Source of the DNA: Methanothermobacter thermautotrophicus str. Delta H
GTDB taxonomy: Archaea > Methanobacteriota > Methanobacteria > Methanobacteriales > Methanothermobacteraceae
Assembly: GCF_000008645.1 (NCBI RefSeq)
Contig: NC_000916.1
Location: forward strand, 1,410,001-1,442,000
Direction of reading: 5' to 3'
DNA: 32,000 nucleotides
Positions 26,570 through 32,000 of this stretch are shown in pieces. How positions within the stretch are numbered: the stretch's first letter is position 1; every line of letters starts with the position of its first letter. Under the pieces are notes generated by a model, which ran no database searches, had not been told where the DNA came from, and saw only the letters and a program-made list of their open reading frames with translations. A program made the translations under genes and the position numbers.

Positions 26570-28264
26570 TTACACTTCATCCACATATCTGAATTCCCTG
26601 AGATCCATGAGTCTCTCGATGGCCTTCATCCTTATCTCAACACCCGCCTCTCTGACAGCTGCAAGGGGGTTCAGGCCGCCGGGTGTGACTATACCTGCGT
26701 GATACTTCTCCACACGGGCATTGTACAGTATCTCGCCGGGGACGCCGATTTTGAGCACACTGAATCCTGCTTCAGAGAGTTCTTCAATCAGGCCCTCAGC
26801 ATGGTCCCTTGCAAGGTACGGGACCTCCCTCAGACTCGCAAGGACCCTGCCCTGTCCATTGAGGGCTTCAAGGACCGCAGTCATATTCTTTGATACGTAG
26901 ATCTCATGGGGGTCAAGGGAGGAACCACTGTAGGCTGTGAGCTCAACAAAGCGGGGGGCCCTGCCGCCGACCTCAAGCAGACCCCCGTACTTTGGTGTGG
27001 ACATGATACCGCTCTTTATCAGTACACCATCCAGTGTGAGACTGCATACAGTTGCAATTCCAGCCATGCCCCCCTCATCGGTGACTCCTATCATGGGGAG
27101 GGTGGAGAATTCTGGCCTCTCACTGAGAACCTGACCTATGACTTCAAGGGCATAATCCAGATCATCCCTGCTTATGAGGGATATGTTGGCTATAACCCTC
27201 CCTGAAAGGTCCTCTGGATTTAAATCCACTCTGTTTATGAGGTTCCAGGCCTTTGACAGGAGGAAGCGGACCTTGACACCCCTTTCAGGTGCAGAAACCA
27301 TTAACTTTCTCTCAGGCTTTACAAGGGGCTTCAGGCTCTGGAATTCTATGAGGTTCTCTGCCAGTTTAATTTCTGCACGGTAGCCGGCCTCCTGGATGGC
27401 GCAGAGGGGAGTTATACCCCCTATGATTGCAACACCCACCATTCCATCTGCAACCGGGACACCCAGGACGTCCTCTCCGGGTTCTCCAACCTTGAGCACC
27501 CCTGATATCCCGATTCCCTCAAGTTTCCTCAGAATTTTCACGGCGTCCTCCCTTCCGGTCCCTGGCACGAGGCGGAGATTTGCCGGTACCAGCCCATCCC
27601 CCTCCTCAATGACACTGAGAACCGAGGTCATGTTCTCTGAGGTGAAGGCCTCCAGGGGTGTCATCGATGTTTTCTTGTAGGCTATGAGCTCTGTGAAGTT
27701 CACTGGCTGATGGTCCTCAAATCTCACAAGGCCCCCGAACTGGGGTATGACAGGTATGCCACTGGCGAGCAGGATGCCGTCGACGGTTGTCCCGCATATG
27801 GTGCTTATTATGCACCCATCACCATCCCTTTCAAGCTTAACCCTTGGGCTGAGGCAGAGCCCATTTCTCATAACATGTTTGAGGGTCTCAATGGACCGGG
27901 GGGATATCCTTGACGTGTTAACGACAACCTTCCCCTCGAGGGTGTCAGGGTTGAAGCTTGTATTGTATATCATGCTCTCAAACTTTGAGAATATGAAATC
28001 GACCTGGTCATAGACGAGGCCACGGTTTATCTCCTGCAGCCCCTTCTCTGTTATTCTCCTTCCAGCATAACCAACCCTTTCTGTGAAGCCCTTTTCGTCA
28101 AGTATGCGCATGTGGTATCTGACGGCCCGTTCCCCGAGGTTGTACCCTTTCTTCCTGAGTTCAGATGCTATTATCTTTGCCCCGAGGACATCATCATGCT
28201 CTGCAAGGATCCTTAAAATCTCCATCATCTTCTGGTTGGTCTCATCAGCCATCAGAAACACCAT
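26570..28264 (-). CDS. nrpR: Nitrogen regulatory repressor NrpR (winged HTH plus two NrpR/DUF128-type domains)
   Basis: The N-terminal wHTH is ILRILAEHDDVLGAKIIASELRKKGYNLGERAVRYHMRILDEKGF. It is followed by two similar ~230 aa repeats (…ICGTTVDGILLASGIPVIPQFGGL… and …VCSLTLDGVLIKSGIMSTPKYGGL…). Genomic context is glnA and nif. Confidence 0.85.
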   Translation of the reverse strand: MVFLMADETNQKMMEILRILAEHDDVLGAKIIASELRKKGYNLGERAVRYHMRILDEKGFTERVGYAGRRITEKGLQEINRGLVYDQVDFIFSKFESMIYNTSFNPDTLEGKVVVNTSRISPRSIETLKHVMRNGLCLSPRVKLERDGDGCIISTICGTTVDGILLASGIPVIPQFGGLVRFEDHQPVNFTELIAYKKTSMTPLEAFTSENMTSVLSVIEEGDGLVPANLRLVPGTGREDAVKILRKLEGIGISGVLKVGEPGEDVLGVPVADGMVGVAIIGGITPLCAIQEAGYRAEIKLAENLIEFQSLKPLVKPERKLMVSAPERGVKVRFLLSKAWNLINRVDLNPEDLSGRVIANISLISRDDLDYALEVIGQVLSERPEFSTLPMIGVTDEGGMAGIATVCSLTLDGVLIKSGIMSTPKYGGLLEVGGRAPRFVELTAYSGSSLDPHEIYVSKNMTAVLEALNGQGRVLASLREVPYLARDHAEGLIEELSEAGFSVLKIGVPGEILYNARVEKYHAGIVTPGGLNPLAAVREAGVEIRMKAIERLMDLREFRYVDEV

Positions 28265-28285
28265 ATAAAAAGTAGGGGGAGGGTT

Positions 28286-28293
28286 TATTTAAA
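28286..28293 (-). promoter_or_regulatory. nrpR TATA box (TTTAAATA on the minus strand), 21 nt upstream of the first ATG
   Basis: This is a consensus archaeal TATA. The spacing implies a leaderless or near-leaderless mRNA. Confidence 0.5.
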
Positions 28294-28300
28294 GGTTAAG

Positions 28301-28307
28301 AAAAAAA
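28301..28307 (-). terminator. Oligo-T (T7 on the minus strand) after glnA
   Basis: The minus strand reads CTTCCTTTTTTTCTT, 19-25 nt downstream of the glnA stop. Confidence 0.5.
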
Positions 28308-28325
28308 GGAAGTAAATTTTGAGGC

Positions 28326-29654
28326 TTAGATGTCAAGGTACCTTTCAAGTTCGTACTTGAAGACCCTCACACGGTAGTCGTCCCATTCCCTGTGCTTGAT
28401 CTCCATGAACTTCTCGTAGACGTGACCACCAAGGGCGCCCTTGATGACATCATCCTCCTCTAGGGCATGGTATGCCTCCCAGAGGCTTGATGGGAGTGTC
28501 TCGATGCCCATCTCCCTGAGCTCACTCATTGATTTTTCATAAACGTCGATCTCGGTTGGTTCACCGGGGTCGATCTTGTTCTGTATACCGTTCATACCTG
28601 CCTCCAGCATGGCTGCAAATGCAAGGTATGGGTTGCATGATGGGTCAGGCATCCTTAACTCGACACGTGTACCCTTTCCACGTGATGCAGGGATCCTGAT
28701 GAGGGTTGACCTGTTTTTAAGGCCGTAGGCAATGTAGACCGGTGCTTCATAGCCAGGGACAAGTCTCTTGTAGGAGTTGACTGTTGGAGCACAGACAGCT
28801 GTGAGCGCAGGGGCGTGTTTCAGAAGCCCCCCTATGAAGTACAGGGCCTCCTCTGAGAGCTGTGTCTCTGTGTCAGGGTCATAGAAGACGTTTTCACCAT
28901 CCTTGAAGAGGGACTGGTGGCAGTGCATACCGCTACCGTTTTCACCAAAGAATGGCTTTGGCATGAATGTTACCATGTACCCAATCTTGTCGACTATGGC
29001 CTTTATGGCCTGTTTGAAGGTTATAACTGCGTCTGCTGTCTTCAGGGCCTTGTCGAATTTGAAGTCTATCTCGTGCTGTCCAGGAGCAACCTCGTGGTGG
29101 CTGACCTCAACGTCGAAGTTAAGGGCCTCAAGGTCCATGACGAGTTTTCTCCTGAAGTCGGTTCCCTGGTCCACCGGTTCAACATCGAAGTATGCACCGC
29201 AGTCGTGGGGTATTATGTTGCCATCCTCGTCCTGGTCGAGGATGAAGAACTCTGGTTCCGGTCCGACATTGTATTCATATCCAAGGTGGGCGTACTTGTC
29301 GAGGGCCCTCTTGAGGACGTACCTTGGGTCCCCTTCGAAGGGTTTTCCGTCTGGCCAGTATATGTCACAGATGAATCTGCACACACCCTTTTCCTCTGGC
29401 CTCCATGGGAGTGTTGAGAAGGTGTCGGGGTCAGGTTTCAGGACGAGGTCGCTCTCGTTTATATCCACGAACCCCTCAACTGATGACCCATCAAAGAGGA
29501 GACCGTCCTTTATTATGTCCTCTATCTGGTCTGGCCTTACCAGGGGTATTGCCATATTCTTTGGTTTTCCGTGTATGTCCACAAACTGAAGGCGGACGAA
29601 TTTAACGCCGCATTCATCCATTTTAGCTATTATTCTTCCAATCTTATCTGACAT
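28326..29654 (-). CDS. glnA: Glutamine synthetase type I
   Basis: 442 aa with GS signatures throughout ([57 protein letters not shown]). A GGAGG RBS is present. Confidence 0.95.
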
Positions 29655-29689
29655 GGGTTATGCCTCCATGGCATGAGCTTAACTTCACC

Positions 29690-29703
29690 GGAAGTAACTT
29701 TCC
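29690..29703. promoter_or_regulatory. NrpR operator GGAA-N6-TTCC in the glnA promoter
   Basis: The plus strand reads ccGGAAgtaactTTCCtt. On the glnA (minus) strand the site starts 9 nt downstream of the TATA box. It matches the operator consensus defined for NrpR in Methanococcus maripaludis. Confidence 0.7.
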
Positions 29704-29712
29704 TTCTACTGG

Positions 29713-29720
29713 TTTATATA
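29713..29720 (-). promoter_or_regulatory. glnA TATA box (TATATAAA on the minus strand) with an A-rich BRE-like tract
   Basis: The minus strand reads AACAAAAAATATATAAACC, about 60 nt upstream of the glnA ATG. Confidence 0.6.
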
Positions 29721-29728
29721 TTTTTTGT

Positions 29729-30484
29729 TCAGGATAGTTCAACAATTTTAAATGGTTCGCCCTGAAAGAGATCAAACTTTAACATTCGGGGGGCGGCTAT
29801 CACATCACCCCTCCCTGTGATCAACTTGAGAACCTCCGCTGCCTGGAGGCAGCCGGTGATATTTGCCACGGGACCTATCACCGGAGGTGTTTTTGATGAT
29901 AGATCTCTGAGCTTCGCCTTCACATCAGCTGTGAGCTCAAGGCCCACAGATGGCAAACGGAAGAGTTCCTCATAGGATGGTGATCCCTCCCTGAATACAG
30001 TTACCTGACCCATGGAGCCATGTATGGCGCCGTGAATGAAGGGTATTCCCTCTGATGTGCACCTCCTTGATGCAATCACCCTTGATGTTATGTTATCAAG
30101 GGCATCAACCACGGCATCGCTGCCAGGTATTATTTCAGCTGCATTTTCTTCATCGAAGATTTCATGATAAACCTTGACCCTGCTGAAGGGGTTTACGGTG
30201 CGAATACGCTCCGCTGCAACATCAACCTTGGGGATCCGGAGGTCCCTGAAGCTGCTCATGAGCTGCCTGTTGATGTTCGAGACGTCAAAGACGTCACTGT
30301 CAATTATTCTGAGACTGCCCACACCCATCCGTGCAAGCATCTCAACTGCAGCGCCACCTATACCTCCGCAGCCGATCACAGAAACAGTGGAATCCTTGAG
30401 CTTTAACTGGTCTGCCCTTGAAAGTAAACCCATCTGCCGGCTGACCATCTCCCAGTAAGCCATACCCTCATATCTCTCAGGCAT
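29729..30484 (-). CDS. ThiF/MoeB/HesA-family E1-like adenylyltransferase
   Basis: The Rossmann motif VIGCGGIGG, then DxDxxxxSNxNRQ (IDSDVFDVSNINRQ), are typical of the family. At 251 aa it lacks the paired CxxC zinc motifs. A GAGGG RBS is present. Confidence 0.8.
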   Translation of the reverse strand: MPERYEGMAYWEMVSRQMGLLSRADQLKLKDSTVSVIGCGGIGGAAVEMLARMGVGSLRIIDSDVFDVSNINRQLMSSFRDLRIPKVDVAAERIRTVNPFSRVKVYHEIFDEENAAEIIPGSDAVVDALDNITSRVIASRRCTSEGIPFIHGAIHGSMGQVTVFREGSPSYEELFRLPSVGLELTADVKAKLRDLSSKTPPVIGPVANITGCLQAAEVLKLITGRGDVIAAPRMLKFDLFQGEPFKIVELS

Positions 30485-30815
30485 TCAAACCCTCTTTCAT
30501 GTTCTTGCATAATACTATGTGTGTGTTGATATAAATCATGAGGGGGTCATCCTGTAGGACCACAGCCTTATATCTGCTTGCAGCATGAGCCTATCACTGG
30601 AGATCCTGTGGGAAAGATTCTTCAGATCAGTGAAAAGCAGATGTCTGGGGCGGTCCTCTGGAGCCATTCTGAAATCGAAAAACAGTTCGGTTCAGGGAAG
30701 GGGTTTTATTATCTCCAATTTAAAGAAACGTGATTTTTGTTTTTTCAGAAGAATTCATCTTTTCTGTTTTAAGGATAAAAAAGTTTTTTTTGAATGCAAA
30801 AATGGGGGGTTAAAG

Positions 30816-30934
<119 letters not shown>

Positions 30935-30952
30935 CAAGATCAGTTTTCATCA

Positions 30953-30960
30953 AATTTAAA
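30953..30960 (-). promoter_or_regulatory. tRNA promoter TATA box (TTTAAATT on the minus strand)
   Basis: It lies 28 nt upstream of the mature tRNA 5' end. Confidence 0.55.
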
Positions 30961-31037
30961 CTTTTCTGTCAGGGGTGCAATCATTATTATGAAATGCCAC
31001 CATAATTATATATGAATTTTCTTTGCGGGGGTTTAAT

Positions 31038-32000
31038 GTGTCTGATGATCTTGATTTCTCAGAGGGGGCCTGTGGGATATGTCATGCAGTCCTCGCAGAT
31101 ATCTCCAGGACCGGCTTCATGGTTGAAACAGCAGAGTACCCTGAGGGTGTCAGGGCCAGGATAACTGACCCTTCAGGGGATTCTGTGGGGGAGGGTTCGG
31201 ATATAACCTGGGCCCCGGCGATACTCGAGGCCGAGATCAATGCAGGATTTCTGGATGACGAAGCTGCAGATAAACTCTCGCCCTTCCTGACAGGCAGGAG
31301 AGACCAGATACGGGTTGCAGAGATGTCTGGCTACGGGAGGGTTGTTAACACAGCCTCCATGATAATATCTGATATCTGGTCGGCTGGGGGTTCAGTTGAG
31401 GTCAGAAGGGACGGCCCTGGCATAGAGGTCATACTATACTCTGCAGAAGGTGATGAAATTGTATCTGCAGCATCAGGTTTCTGCCCGGTCTGTGCAGTAA
31501 ACATAGCAGCTTCAAGGGTGCCATCAATCAGGAGGAGGATGGCATCCAGGAAATCCAGAAACACGGGAATGGAAAAGTATGAGAGAGGGGTGACCGGCAG
31601 GGTCGCCTGGAGGAGGAACAGGATCCATGTATCCCTCCTTGAGAATGGGGAGGTCATCGGCAGGAACTGGGGGTGCTGCATAGCCTATGCAACGGTGAGG
31701 GCGGAGATAGATGCTGGATTTGGAAGCAGCAAGTGGAACCGCATCTTTAAGAATTACTGTGACCTCTGTCCCCTGAAACATTTCTGGTTCGGGAAATCCA
31801 TGGGTGCCCTCGGAAACAGGATACTTCAGAGGATGACCAGGGTCGGTGTGAGGGAACATGTAAGGATGGAAGATTATATAACTGTGGATATCCTATCTGG
31901 TGATAGGAGGGTTGGATGTGGTATAGGAACGCTCTGCTCATTCAGTGCAACCGTCAATGCACTCCTGAGATCCGATGCTTCCCTCATCCTGAAACCGGAC
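31038..32000 (+). CDS. Hypothetical protein with internal repeats and three CxxC motifs (5' part; runs off the window end)
   Basis: Absent from the ORF track because there is no stop in the window. I read 321 consecutive sense codons from GTG 31038 to 32000. The upstream in-frame stop is at 30990 and GGGGGT lies 7 nt upstream of the GTG. Codon usage is host-like. The three minus-strand track ORFs in this region are shadows of it. Confidence 0.6.
   Translation, partial: MSDDLDFSEGACGICHAVLADISRTGFMVETAEYPEGVRARITDPSGDSVGEGSDITWAPAILEAEINAGFLDDEAADKLSPFLTGRRDQIRVAEMSGYGRVVNTASMIISDIWSAGGSVEVRRDGPGIEVILYSAEGDEIVSAASGFCPVCAVNIAASRVPSIRRRMASRKSRNTGMEKYERGVTGRVAWRRNRIHVSLLENGEVIGRNWGCCIAYATVRAEIDAGFGSSKWNRIFKNYCDLCPLKHFWFGKSMGALGNRILQRMTRVGVREHVRMEDYITVDILSGDRRVGCGIGTLCSFSATVNALLRSDASLILKPD

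Noticed and set aside
26217-26702. 161-aa plus-strand ORF spanning the small ORF and the nrpR 3' end
   Set aside because: It is Ser/Thr/Pro/Phe-rich junk antisense to two host-like coding frames and crosses their intergenic gap.
28903-29589. 228-aa and 166-aa plus-strand ORFs inside glnA
   Set aside because: They are antisense shadows of the unambiguous glutamine synthetase frame.

Overview
The window reads as a densely coded chromosomal segment of a hydrogenotrophic, diazotrophic methanogen. Gene content and order, AGG/ATA-rich codon usage and GGTGAT/GGAGG ribosome-binding sites look Methanothermobacter-like; this is inference and no database search was possible.

Gene order, left to right:
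- a PfkB-family kinase (partial), a LysR-type regulator and 6-phospho-3-hexuloisomerase;
- a Mo/W-enzyme neighbourhood: fdhD, NuoE-like and NuoF/HydB-like flavin/Fe-S subunits, moaA-mobB, and a long NuoG-type formate dehydrogenase alpha subunit;
- the tungsten formylmethanofuran dehydrogenase operon fwdHFGDACB;
- the nitrogenase operon nifH-nifI1-nifI2-nifD-nifK-nifE-nifN;
- an orphan molybdopterin oxidoreductase;
- on the minus strand, a ThiF/HesA-like E1 gene, glnA, nrpR and a small Cys-containing ORF;
- an intron-containing tRNA-Met(CAT);
- an edge-truncated repeat-containing CxxC protein.

I saw no CRISPR array, IS element, prophage or rRNA.

The items most worth follow-up are:
1. An orphan Mo/W oxidoreductase plus a small Cys protein embedded in the nif / nrpR / glnA nitrogen cluster.
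2. A shared GGAAGTA-type half-site at four nitrogen-related control points, including a canonical GGAA-N6-TTCC operator at glnA.
3. A NuoEF/HydBC-type formate dehydrogenase gene set, which is atypical for a methanogen.
4. FwdH as an HTH-ferredoxin fusion preceded by a perfect palindrome.

Two real genes at the window edges are missing from the ORF track because they lack an in-window stop codon.
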